DNA of 64,000 bases from the human T2T-CHM13v2.0 reference genome, Homo sapiens. The stretch lies in NCBI RefSeq assembly GCF_009914755.1, contig NC_060940.1; one strand, given 5' to 3'. The notes beneath the pieces are model-generated. The model did no database searches. It was not told the DNA's origin and saw only the letters and a list, made by a program, of their open reading frames with translations. This document shows positions 42,360-54,461 of this stretch, piece after piece. Positions within the stretch are counted from its first letter, which is position 1; each line of letters opens with the position of its first letter. Position numbers and translations under genes: made by a program.

Positions 42360-42890
42360 GACTTGGTTGCTGCTGCTGCGTAACCGTGTGGCAACTGAGT
42401 GGCTCACGGCAATCAGTATTTACTTCTCACGTGTGTGTGGGGTTCAGCAGAACTAGGCTGGGCTTGGCTGCCCTGCCCTACTGGTCCTGCTGGTTTTGGT
42501 GGGGCTTCCCCCTGTGTCTGTGGGTCAGCTTGTTTTGCTCCTGCATCTTTGCATCAGCTGGGCTTTCTGCCCTAGGCTGGACATGGGTGGGGCACTTTAG
42601 CTGGGGTGGTTCTCCTCCACATGTCTCTCATCTTCCTGGGACCAGCAGGGCTAGACCAGACATGACTTTCTTATGGCAAGGGCAGAAATGCAAGACAGCA
42701 ACTCAAAACACATAAGGACTTTCAAGTCTAGACCCAGAACTGGCATACCCATTCCTCTGTCACACACTGATGCCCCAAATAAATCACATGGCTGAGCTCA
42801 CGGTTAGAGAGGGAGGATACTGCAGTCCCAAAGCCCGGGGCATGGATCCAGAGAGGAGGGTGAAGAATGGGCCCCTGACCCAAGACTGCA
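42360..42890 (-). mobile_element. Old MaLR LTR (MLT1H/I-like)
   Basis: 'tgctgcgtaac...tttacttctcac...ctcctccacatgtctctcatc...aatcacatggctgagc'. Confidence 0.65.
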
Positions 42891-43569
42891 CTTGTATTTG
42901 AGTTGCATAAGAAGCTGCTGAGGAATTTTAAGAACAGGAGTGACATGACTTCCGTTACAATTGAAAAAATCAATCTGGCGAAATGAATGGGGCTACATAG
43001 GTTGGGGGAAGGAGGTAAGAGAGGAAGTGAGGAGAATAGGGTGGGTCGAACCTGTTGAAGGCCCAGAGCTTGCTTCTCTTCTGCCGCCTTTAGGAAACGA
43101 GATGAATTGTTAAACTTCTTGCACTGAGCTTTACCAGGTGAGCTGACAGTTATCCTCTGCATTCATCAATATAAGCCCCATAAAAGGCAAAGTGGTTGAG
43201 GAGAAACGAGAAATTACAGCCCAGATTAGCAGCCTTGAGTGCTCCTTGTGAACACAAGACACTGACCCAAATCACACGTCACGGCTCTTCGCCCATTAAC
43301 GCTTATAGCAGGATTATTCCCAAGGAAGCTGTAGCCATTATATTTGCTGCCATCACAACAGTAAAATAAACAGGTGTGACTGCAGCCCTACTCCTCGGGT
43401 TGTTTCATGCTGATCAGTTGTTAATATATGTGTGACTTGAAGTTGGAGCCTGTTGGGAGAAAAAGTTGTCTTTAGAGGAGTAAAGTGTTGCCTTGCTGTG
43501 GGAAGGGGAAACTTTTTCTTGGGAAGTGGACTCACCAATAATTTTTGCATCATGCGCAGGAGACCCTAC

Positions 43570-43885
43570 TAAAACCTAAGTGTGCAATGCTTTAAATCAG
43601 TAAGTTTGTTTTTCATTAACATAAAATCCAAAACAGGTGCTGTGATCAGCAAGCCGCTGTCCTCCAAGTGGTAATTCAGGAACCCAGGCTCCTTCCATTC
43701 TGTGGCTTCACCTTGACCAACGAAGACCTTTTGAGGTTGCCACATTCTCCAGGCCACTAACACTTATGTCATTGGCTACAACTCAGTCACATGACCATGG
43801 CTGCCTGCAAGGGAGGCTGGGAAATATAGTTTGCTGTGTGCTGGGTGGGTGGGAGGGAGCGTCAACATTAGTGAACAGCCAGGCA
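43570..43885 (-). mobile_element. Old MaLR LTR fragment (MLT1J-like)
   Basis: 'tcaggaacccaggctccttcc...tcagtcacatgacca...gcaagggaggctgggaaat'. Confidence 0.6.
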
Positions 43886-43968
43886 GTCGCTGCCTCAAAT
43901 TTCTTTAGTGTTATCCTTTCATGCCAGCAATTGAATTTGATTTGCACTGTTTCACTTCTCTACAAGGG

Positions 43969-45116
43969 TGTAAAAAGTAGAGGTTCCTCTTGAAAGAATT
44001 TCCTCCCCATCTAATTAGGAATAAATAGTAACTTCTCTTAGAAGCAAAGTTAATTCAAAGACCTGTGCTAACATTCTTAAATATCTGCTAGCTGTAATGA
44101 AGAAATCAATGTACTTTATGTTCTTAGCTCCCACAGTTTAGCCTAAATATTTGCCCTGGCATGCTTATACTGGTCCAAGCAAGCATTAGGTCATAGCCTG
44201 TTCCTCTTCCTTATTTGAAGGTGTTTTTACCTTTCTCAGCATTCCACAAGTTACTTCGTCCTTCCTTTGTTCTCCTCTGCCTTTGCCTCTTTTTTCTTTT
44301 TTTATTTTAATTTTTTTTTTTTAATTATACTTTAAGTTTTAGGGTACATGTGCACGTTGTGCAGGTTAGTTACATATGTATACATGTGCCATGCTGGTGC
44401 GCTGCACCCACTAACTCGTCATCTAGCATTAGGTATATCTCCCAATGCTATCCCTCCCCCTTCCCCCCACCCCACCACAGTCCCCAGAGTGTGATATTCC
44501 CCTTCCTGTGTCCATGTGATCTCATTGTTCAGTTGTCACCTATGAGTGAGAATATGCGTTGTTTGGTGTTTTGTTCTTGCGATAGTTTACTGACAGTGAT
44601 GATTTCCAATTTCATCCATGTCCCTACAAAGGACATGAACTCATCCTTTTTTATGGCTGCATAGTATTCCATGGTGTATATGTGCCAGCCATCCCGTTAC
44701 TGGGTGTATACCCAAAGGACTATAAATCTTTCTGCTATAAAGACACATGCACACATATGTTTATTGCGGCATTATTCACAATAGCAAAGACTTGGAACCA
44801 ACCCAAATGTCCAACAGTGGTAGACTGGATTAAGAAAATGTGGCCTTTGCCTCTTTTAAAAAGTTCTAAGTTGCTAGCCAGTCGGAACAAATACAGAATG
44901 TGAGGTCCCTTTCCAGCCAATGGAAACCGGACACAGCAGTAGAGTACACGTGTCAGGTTATAAATGAGCCTGTCTCCTTTGTCCGGTGTTCTCTCATGGC
45001 AAAACTGCTGGCGAGTGTACCCTTTCTGCAGAAAGTAAAAATGGCCTTGCTGAGGAAATTAAATTCCTGTTCGAGTGCTATTTCTTTATGGCACTGAGGA
45101 GCAAGCATTTCTAACA
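43969..45116 (+). mobile_element. ERV1 solo LTR (LTR10-family, LTR10C-like), split by an L1
   Basis: TG...CA ends; 'gaggttcctctt...aattaggaataaatagtaacttctcttagaagc', CCAAT, TATAAA at ~44959 and end 'caagcatttctaaca'; halves join across a 15-bp TSD. Confidence 0.75.
44294..44842 (-). mobile_element. 5'-truncated, 5'-inverted young L1 (L1PA2-like)
   Basis: Antisense 3' UTR 44294-~44686, then sense segment ~44687-44842; TSD gcctttgcctctttt at 44279-44293 and 44843-44857; GAG rather than ACA at the Ta diagnostic site. Confidence 0.92.
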
Positions 45117-46810
45117 ATCATATTGCTTAAGAAGTGGATGGCAAGAAGATAATTACTAATATGTCTGCAATCGATCTGAAATTGACACAGTTGATCTCAC
45201 TGATTCATGGGGACCCTGGGAGTATGTTTGTGTATTTGGGGGTTGGGATGGGGGGGTGGGTGGAGGGTCAGAGAGGTGGCAAAAGCAGGTGGGAACAGGG
45301 TTACAGAGCAAAGTAATTAGATGCCCTTTAGATGCTCTTAGTTAAAGACCATGCAAAAAGGATGAAATCTTTTGATCATGTTCTTCACAATATTAGAGGT
45401 AAAACATGAACTCAACGCTTTTAGGAAGAAACAACTGGATTGCGTTTTCTATTTTATTGACAGAAACTAGATGGGGAGGCCAGGGTGTGTTTTATTATTG
45501 CACACATACGTAATTACAAAGTCTTTGCTTTTTTCCCCTACATAAATTTATTTTGAGATTTAATTTCCACCAATTAGAACCCGAATGAAGCCGTTTTAAT
45601 GTGATTCCTGCATCCCAGCAACGTGGCCCTGCTTCTTAGTGCGCACGTAAAGAAACAATCCTGGAGTGAATTTTAAGTACCTAAAGTTGTGTTAGACTGC
45701 AAATGAATATCCAATTCAATTTGTAGGAAACTTTAGATTAATTAGGTTTATAATTTGCACAGTAAGGTAATGTAAATGTGTTGCTACGGCTTGACTTTTT
45801 GCTTAATCCTCTGAGTGGATATTTAATCTTTTTAATATTAGAATTAAAGCAACTTGGAAGATATGAATATTAATCTAATTATATTCCGATCACTTTAATT
45901 TCTTTAATGTTTTAAATAACAAAACAACTTTACAAATTGGTTTAGGTTGGGGAACGCTTTTAGAGGATTTTGCATCTCATCAGTAAGTGCAATTTAGAGG
46001 ATGCAGGCTTGGGAAGCTGTACCTTAAGTTTATAGTTATGCAAATGAAAACCATTAATCCTGGAGCCTCTGACTTGCAAGGTGTGCTTCAGAAATTTGCA
46101 GCTTCTATTTAGGTAGGAAGAGTTTGCCAGCCCGAAAACTCCAGTAAGCAAACAGCTTTATAGTACCCCAGCCATAGAAAGTGAGAGCTTTCGAAGAATC
46201 TGTGGTTAGAACTAAGAGGATTTTTCTTTCTCCTTTTTCTGCTGTTATTATCTCAAGGAGAGAGGGAAAAAAAAAATCAGAGCAGGACATGAACAGTGCT
46301 TGCAAATTTTATTACCTCATTATAATTGATACCTGCTCTCTGAGCCAATAAAAGAAGCTATATTCAGCACTGGCTGTATAAGATCTTTAATGTTTTAGGC
46401 TGTCAATGTTGGCTGTGGTTAGGCTGACATAATTATGAGCTGCATGTACCAATATATAGCTCTTTACCCACAAAAGCATGCTGCAACGGGGAATCTTTCA
46501 GAGATAATAAAAGGATTCATCAAGTGTCTATACGATAGCTACTTAAATCGCTATTGTTTTAGTTAGGCCCGCAAAACATATCCCCCAGCTATCCCGGTTT
46601 CTTATCTTTCTTACTTGATATTTCAGGAATTTCAAGCTTTTGTACAGCTTGTTCAGTTGCATCCTAGAGGAGGAAAATGCTTTTGGCGTGATTTCCATTT
46701 CAAGATGACAACAGGGAGAAGTCTTTCCAAAATGCGCGTGTTGCAATTTCAGATTTAATCAGGGGAATACATTAATTTCTGGAACTAATTACAGATTTTA
46801 AAAGAGTGAT

Positions 46811-47116
46811 GGGTCTGGTACAGTGGCTCACACCTGTAATCTCCACACTTGGGGCGGTCAAGGTGGGAAGATCCCTTGAGTCCAGGAGTTCAGGACCATC
46901 CTGGGCAACATAGTGAGACCTTGTCTCTATGAAAAAATGAAAAATAATTAGCCAGGCGTGGTGTCGTGTGTCTGTAAGTCCTAGCTACTCAGGAAGGTGA
47001 GGCGAGAGGATTGTTTGAGCCCAGGAGGTGGAGGCTGCTGTGAACTGTGATCACACCACCGCACTCCAGCCTGGATGAAAGAGTATGACCTTTGTCTCAA
47101 AACAAACAAAGAAAAA
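46811..47116 (+). mobile_element. Alu (AluJ-like)
   Basis: Diverged sense dimer. Confidence 0.93.
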
Positions 47117-47599
47117 TCATAAAAGGGAGGCAGAAAATTAACTGAAGAAATTGTGTTATAAAAGGCAGTGTTTTAAGTTCTAGAATTAAAAGCAATTGCA
47201 GCAAATACCAAGTGAGATTTTCTGTATTTTGAGAGTTTGTGTGTGCAATGGTTTTCCACTGACTAATCAGGCTGATAAAACAACCTGAAAATGGCTTTCC
47301 CATGGAGTTTATATATTTCGTCAGAGACCTAAAATGGTATAAATGTTCAATAATAGCCAGTGAATATAAAACTAAATAATCCATATGAGACAAAACAGGT
47401 AGAAGAAAAAAACATTCCTCCTCAGATATGCACCTTTTAATTGAATAAAGCAAACAGTAACAGTGATTACCAGGACACTTGCTGTTTTCTGTTATTTTGG
47501 TTTATATTGCTTAATTAGCCAGCCTTTCTAATTAACATTACATTTTGCTGAGTTCACATTGTGATAAAGATGAATATCAATTCTTTTCTACTCATCTCA

Positions 47600-47958
47600 T
47601 TGAGAGATAGAGTTGAATTCATCTTCCCTTGTATCTAGGCTGCACTTATTCGTTTGCTTGACCAATGGAATGTGGCTGAGTGGCCGTGTAAAATGCCTGA
47701 CTACCCTGAGACTGCCATGTTGAAGGAAGCCCAGCTAGCCATGTGGAGAGGCCTTGTGGAGCGGGAAATGGCCAACCTCCATCCATTGGAAGTCATCCCA
47801 TTTGAGGCCCTAGATACTGAAAATCAGAAAGAAGTTACTTCCCATTCCCCACCTCAAGGCCCTGTCCAAACTGAAGATTCATGGGCAGAATAAACAATTG
47901 CTATTTTTTAAAGGTGTATGTTTGGGGTTGTTTCCTACAGAGCAATGAATAACCAGAG
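47600..47958 (+). mobile_element. Old MaLR LTR (MLT1-type)
   Basis: 'ttgcttgaccaatggaatgtggc...ctaccctgagactgccatgt...ttttggggttgtttcctacagagcaatgaataacca'. Confidence 0.65.
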
Positions 47959-48779
47959 CAAACACCCAAGGGCAATAAATTATGAATAGTGAATTTAATT
48001 TTTCTATGTGACCTATGGAATCAGCCTATTTTATGGCAGTACAAAGTATATGTAGCAACCAAACAGTTTCTTCTTTCCTAAAACTCAAAGTGAGTCAGAC
48101 TTCTTAGGCTTGTAGATGTTGAGGACTAAGCTTTGCTCTTTATCTTCTCTTTATGGATTTCCCTTTGGAAGCAGGGATAAGAAGAGGGAAGGTCTCCCAG
48201 ATGTAAATTTCTCATAAATATTTGAGCTCCATTTCAGTAATTCTTTCATTCTCTGATCTGTTGCCTAATCTTCTATTTAGCAAGTACTTTCCATGAAATA
48301 GAAGGCTTTAATTGATAGAATTACTAATTTGAATAGCTTAGCACAGCTCAGCTTGTAAAAAAAAAGGAAAACCACTATCCCCATTAAATTCTCATCTTGT
48401 AAAACCAGCCATCAGCACCTCCCTGTCTTTTTACTAAAGTTTCCCTTCTTTGGTCTTTAGTGCTAAGTAATAGGCTGTCACTAGACCAAAAAAAAAAAAA
48501 AAAAAATTCAGCATTTCTTTTCATTGGAGGTTACCCCAGAACACTTAAACTTTGGAGAGGAAAATAGAACCCCTGAAGAAAAGTGAATTCTCATGACAAT
48601 TTGTACATTCTTTGAAGAATGACTGTAATACATGGAGGAGTTACCTTGGACCCATGTGCAGAGTAGTGTCGTGAATGAGGCCTGTGCCTTGTCCTGTGGT
48701 TTAAGGATAGGTAAATGTATCTGGGGCAGAGGGTTGCCTGGGACAAAGGCATTATAAGCTTATTCATTTAACTTGAGTA

Positions 48780-48970
48780 CAGGGTTTCTCAAGCTTTGGC
48801 ACTGCCAACATGTGGGGTTGGATAATTTTTTGTTGGGATCTGCCCTGTGCATTGTAGGATGTTTAGCAGCATCCCTGGCCTCTACCCACTAGATGCCAGT
48901 AGCATCCCTTCCCCCTCTTGTCACAAACACAAATGTCTCCAAACATTGCCAATCCCCCTCCATTAAGGGT
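48780..48970. mobile_element. MER20 hAT transposon
   Basis: 'gtgcattgtaggatgtttagcagcatccctggcctctacccactagatgccagtagc...aaatgtctccaaacattgcca'. Confidence 0.9.
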
Positions 48971-50719
48971 CATGTCTCTTGGCTGGGATAAGTCTTCTCT
49001 ACCGTATCCCTTTAACTCAAGAAGTTTTTCTTGCTAAGTTTATGTGATCTTGAAAATACGGTGAGATTGAACTTGATTTTCTTTAAAGGACAAATATCTG
49101 CTTCTTCCAAATTGTCATAGGAATAGTTCAAAGCTAAAGAGCCTTTCAGGCAGGCTGGGCACTTCAAACCTACAAAACATAGTGCTAAAATTAAGGAGTG
49201 TATAGTCGTGTGTTTATAGGGACAGGATATTTATTATCTATCACTTTTGAAAATGTCATTGGCATTATCGTTCACTTTTACAAATACGAAGGAAAAATAT
49301 GAAGGAGTTCTAGAAAACACCAGAAGTGATTTTGCCGCCATGGGCCTGAATTGAAGAGCTTAACCCACTAATCTGTTATGACTGCTTGGGGAGTGCTAGC
49401 GCAGGTTCTCTAACACACTGAGAGTCGTTTGGAGGGTAGTGTGAAGTGGCGTTATAGTTCTCCTTTTAATGGTTGAGACAAGAATTGCCTGGACCTCTTT
49501 TAGGATACATCACCAGTCTTCCAATGGCAAACTTATGTTTATTCCAGCTGATTCTCCCCAGCATGGGGGCATGAATTGCAGTGGAAATCAGTGGACTAGA
49601 ATTTGGATGCAATTGCCCCCAAATTATCGAAGAGAAAAGAAGACCACTGTAATTCACCGGCCATAGCATTTTTACCAACTGTTTTTGCTAAGCATTAGTT
49701 TCTTGTGATAGGTTCAATTCTCAGGCTCCTTCTCATTAGAGTCTTTCTGTAAAGACCATTATTATTTCTGTTATATTTCCTGTGGCTGAGCTGAGCCGCA
49801 CTTGGAGATTTGATCCATTTTAACTCTCTCATTGCCTTCAGAGAGTTGGTGATTTTGGGGGGGGCACCAGTGTGAGTCCTTTGATCCTTGAATGACAATT
49901 TGGATTTGTCTCAAGGTCCTGATAAATGGGAACTGGAGGAACTGGCCTACTATGGTATTACAGGCTAGCACATGGTTTGCATTCTGAGGGAGCTCAGAAT
50001 AGGCAAGGTAGAAGACATAGGTGGTCAAGAATTTAGAAAGACCCGGACTCGAATCCCAGCTCTGATCCATCTCAGCTCTGCCATATTGCCAAGTTCCGCT
50101 GAGACTCCATTTACTCACCTGTTGTATCATCTGAATTATTTCCATATCCATAATGTGCAAGGATATCCTTCCATGTTATTAGAAATACAGATACACCATC
50201 ATTATCAGTGGCCAAATCATTCAAATCGCTGTTTGCTTCTTCTCGGGCTCTTATTCAAGCTCACGATGCTATTCTCATAGTGATTGCGAATCTCACTGCA
50301 TAAAGGTGATTTTGAAAACATCACTTTTCCTCCACACTAATGTGTGAGCTTAGCCAGAGTAGGAGATATATCTTACTTAAAAAAAAAAAAAACAAACAAA
50401 CAAAAAAAAAAAACTCCTTCTTCATTTGTTATAGTTCCAGGATAGAGTGTGTACCTGTATAGAGAGAGTCAGGCAGATACAGGTGTGCCCTCCTTCCAAG
50501 ATGTGTGATGGTGGGCAACTTTCTTTGCATCTCTGAGCCTCTATTTTCTCTATATAAAATGAGAGAGAAAAAAATAATTCCTAGATCTAGAGTTGGTGTG
50601 AGGCTAAAATAAGCTGCTTTTAGTATCACATTTGGCAAGTAGTAAACTCTGGATAAATATACTTTTGAATTGTGTGATTATTGTTGTTACCATTTATTGA
50701 AAGGGAATGATGAATGTAG

Positions 50720-50800
50720 TGAGAGAAGGAAGGAAGAGAGAGAGGGAAGAAGGGGAAAAAGAGGGATGGAAAGGAGGAAGGAAGGAAAGGAGGGAGGAGG
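50720..50800. repeat. Polypurine (GGAA/GA) tract
   Basis: Directly visible. Confidence 0.85.
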
Positions 50801-51685
50801 CAAGTATATTAGTCATGATATAGGGAATTGAAAAGACATTCACGTTTTGTGGTGAATGAAAATAACTTGACCTTTATGAAGCTGGCCTAATCCCTGGAAG
50901 GAAAAAATTTCCTTGGATATGTGATTTATATAATCAATCAACTAGTCCTTATTTTGGTAGAGCTAAACTTCTGTCTTTGGGTTTACTCACCGTATCTGTG
51001 TGCATCCTGGCAATGTTTACGATATACTTCTACTAAAATATTATTTTATTCTATACTAACAAAGGGATTTGTTGTGTGTGTAAAATTCAAATTTCAATGA
51101 AGATTGTGTATTTTTATTTGCTAACTCTGGAAAATGTGTTTACAGAAGAACCAGAGAAGGACTTACTCCTCTCCGTACACTTTGGACATGTCAAAATCTA
51201 GAAATAGAGATCAGTAAAGGTAACACATAGCACCTTAAATCTGATTTAAAAGGAAAACAATGACTATTATACAGATTTATGGCTTCTTGTCAATAATACT
51301 CTGATTTCTGGAGATTGTTATCAGTCATAAGCTTTATAGGAAATATCTCCTTTTGAAAATGACATTTTAAATTAATGTGAAATTGTGTTTTAATTTAATT
51401 CACAGGGAGTCATAAACAGGTGGGAGAATTATGGAACAATAATTGTGTTTGCAAGAAATGGATTTCATCCTAAAACTCCATGAATATGCTATTACAGTTT
51501 GTTGTCATCCTGAAATGCTCTGTTTAACCATAAAATACAGCGTAAAAGACACCCTCATGTTGAAGTCCTTAATCTAGTGTGTAATTGCTTAAGTGAGCAC
51601 ATTAACTATATCGTCAACTACCTGTTCTCAAACACTTTAACAATCAGCTCACCAATATGGGTGTGATCTTGACATTGAGATGTAG

Positions 51686-51979
<294 letters not shown>

Positions 51980-52743
51980 CATCTCAATCGTTTTACTAAG
52001 AAATTTGGAGGCCTTGAGAAATGGGTAAACTTGAAACATTTAAAAAAGTTGTTCTGCTAATTATCCTACCACGTGTGTCAGAGACAACATTACCCTCTTA
52101 TTACTTAAAAGTAATTTGGACTGGTTCGCACACACAAAAATAGCTTTATTAACAACTTGAGTAATTTATCAAGTTCAGATTCTTTTTTTCCTCCAGAAAT
52201 GCTGCTTTTGGTACACTGAGAGGTCATTCATTTAAAGTTTGTCCTTGGCAATTCCTTATTGAATAGATTCCATTTTATTTTATTTACATTTTGTACAAAG
52301 CTGATAAATAACTGAAACCAAATTAGCTCAAACTGGTTATATTTCTGGGTACAAACCAGGTGTATAGTTAATCCATTGTTGTTTCTGTGTCAACCACCAT
52401 TGTCCTCACCTATACTTGGGCAGTGGGGGTGGGGAGGAGAACATAAAAACCCACCAAGCCTCATTTTTCTTGCTAATTTATTTCCTTGAACTTGGTGAGA
52501 TTCTATCTGCAGTGTTTCCAAAAATAGTTTTGGAAATTGCAAAAATACTACAATGCTGTTGTGCCGGCCACACTGTGAGTGCTGACTGTCATGCATTTTA
52601 TAGCCCATGTCCCTCTCCAGTGAGGCTTTTGGCCACTGGCCGTTAATTGGTAAGGTTCTTGAAAACTGAAGTGATGGTATCAGCATGGATGCCCGTGCTT
52701 TCTGATGCCACTGAAGATGGATAGAAGCTTCAAGTTATGCTTT

Positions 52744-53655
52744 GTGCAGACTGAATTTTTCCAATTTGTGCTTAGTAGCATCTTATTATATTAGACCAGC
52801 ACTGACTGGTGATGAATAGCAAGATTGCTCCCTTCTAAGGGCTTGGCAAACCAAGAAGAATGCAGTGACATATGTCTTATGTCTTCAAAAGCAACTGGAC
52901 ACTTGAAGAGTATTTTCTAGTCTCATTTTGTAAACCCAATTACGAGCGGAGCTACAATTTTTATCTTTGTTTAATGTAACCAATGAGGCCATTGTCACTG
53001 TATGGAGAATAGCTTTAGTCCATATTCTCTGTTTTTTAAGACTCTCAGTCTCCTTGCAGGTGCCTTTGGAGAGTTAGGTGTTTGCTGTGATTTGAGGGAT
53101 AGTGGCCAATAATTTTATTGAAATGAATATTGGTTAATTAAAGCTTATTGTATGCCATGGGCCATTCTAAGAACTTCCATCCACCCAAAAGCACTATGAA
53201 ATAGATGTTGTTATTTCACTGATGGAAAAACAAGCACAGAGAGGCTAAGGAATATGCTGAAGCTTGCACAGCTAGTAAATGGCAGAACATTCAGACTGGA
53301 ATTCAGACTTATACACTCACATTCATACCACACAGCCTCTCGAAGGGACGTGCCCCTTGAACGCAAGAGAGGTACATTGGGTGGCCATGGTGCTCACAGT
53401 CTCTCAATCCTTTATGTTGAGGAGAAATGATAACCAGATCTCATTTTGTGTGCCAACCCGAAAGCCTGACTTGACTGCCTAAAATGTTAGGAAGGACTCT
53501 AAAGCCCTATCTGGATTCCAAATTTATGGTTGGTGCAGACTGGATTTTTACAATTTGTGCTTAGTAGTATCTTATTATATTAGCCCGGCACTGACTGGTG
53601 ATGAATTACAAGATTACTCCCGTCTAAGGGCTTGGCAAACCAAGAAGAATGCAGT
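52744..53655 (+). repeat. Dispersed 123-bp direct repeat (52744-52866 and 53533-53655)
   Basis: Ungapped alignment with 9 mismatches (~93% identity). Confidence 0.95.
53120..53320 (-). mobile_element. MIR
   Basis: 'cactatgaaatag...gatggaaaaacaagcacagagaggctaag...cacagctagtaaatggcaga'. Confidence 0.75.
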
Positions 53656-54401
53656 TCCACGATCCACTTGGAATGTGTGCAGTGAGTGTGGGAGGACTGG
53701 TATAAGTAGCAAAGCACTTGGCACTCTGGGTGTAAAGCATTCAGATCTCTTGCAAAATGCAAATTTTACCTGCGGGGATACCCATTCAACAATTAGAAGC
53801 TGCTGATTTCTGGACGAGAGTTAGTTTATTTAGAAAGTAACACTCAGAGACACTGGGACAGAGAACAGATCCATTTTAAGGCTGTGTGAGCACTGATCCA
53901 TGACAGTATTGGTTCAGGGGCAAAGAATGGGAGGAAAGAAAAAGACAAGTTATAGCTGCACTGAAAACAAACTGGGCATGTCCTAATTTTGCTCAGGGCT
54001 ACTTCTCTTAGAGTCGTTAAGGTTTTGAGCATATTAACAGCAATACTGATCATAGCTAATATGCCTCTATGTCAGGCTCTGTACTGGGTTCTTTGAGTAT
54101 ACTCACCACCTCCTGACAAGGTTTTGGCAGCCTTACTTGGTAGACACTATGATTCCCATTACATACATGGAATGTACAGTAACTGAGGATCACTGTGATA
54201 TTGGGAAAGTGGGACTTCAGACGCTAGCCTCCCCTTGTAGTGCCTGCATTCTTTTCACAGCCCCTCCCCACCTTAGAATCATTTTCTTCAAGGGAGAGTA
54301 TGGTTTGTGATGCCCTTATCAGCAAAACTTCAGCTAGAAGATGCAAGGGTGAAATACACCTCCCCACCCCACGTGATCTCATAGCACAGAATGACTGGCC
54401 A

Positions 54402-54461
54402 CCCCAGACTGAAGGTTAGGGAGACTGGGGGCCCCAGACTCAAGGTTGGGGAGACTGGGGA
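54402..54461. repeat. 30-bp tandem duplication
   Basis: ccccagact(g/c)aaggtt(a/g)gggagactgggg, two copies. Confidence 0.92.

Noticed and set aside
44157-44186. p53 site in the LTR10-like element
   Set aside because: Two imperfect half-sites separated by a 10-bp spacer; too weak to call.
44350-44903. ORFs resembling the L1 ORF2 C-terminus
   Set aside because: Part of the truncated, inverted L1; not an intact gene.
52744-52866. Repeat unit as a possible snoRNA pair (contains GTGATGA)
   Set aside because: The C-box-like motif is internal, with no terminal stem or properly placed CTGA, and I see no H/ACA layout on either strand.
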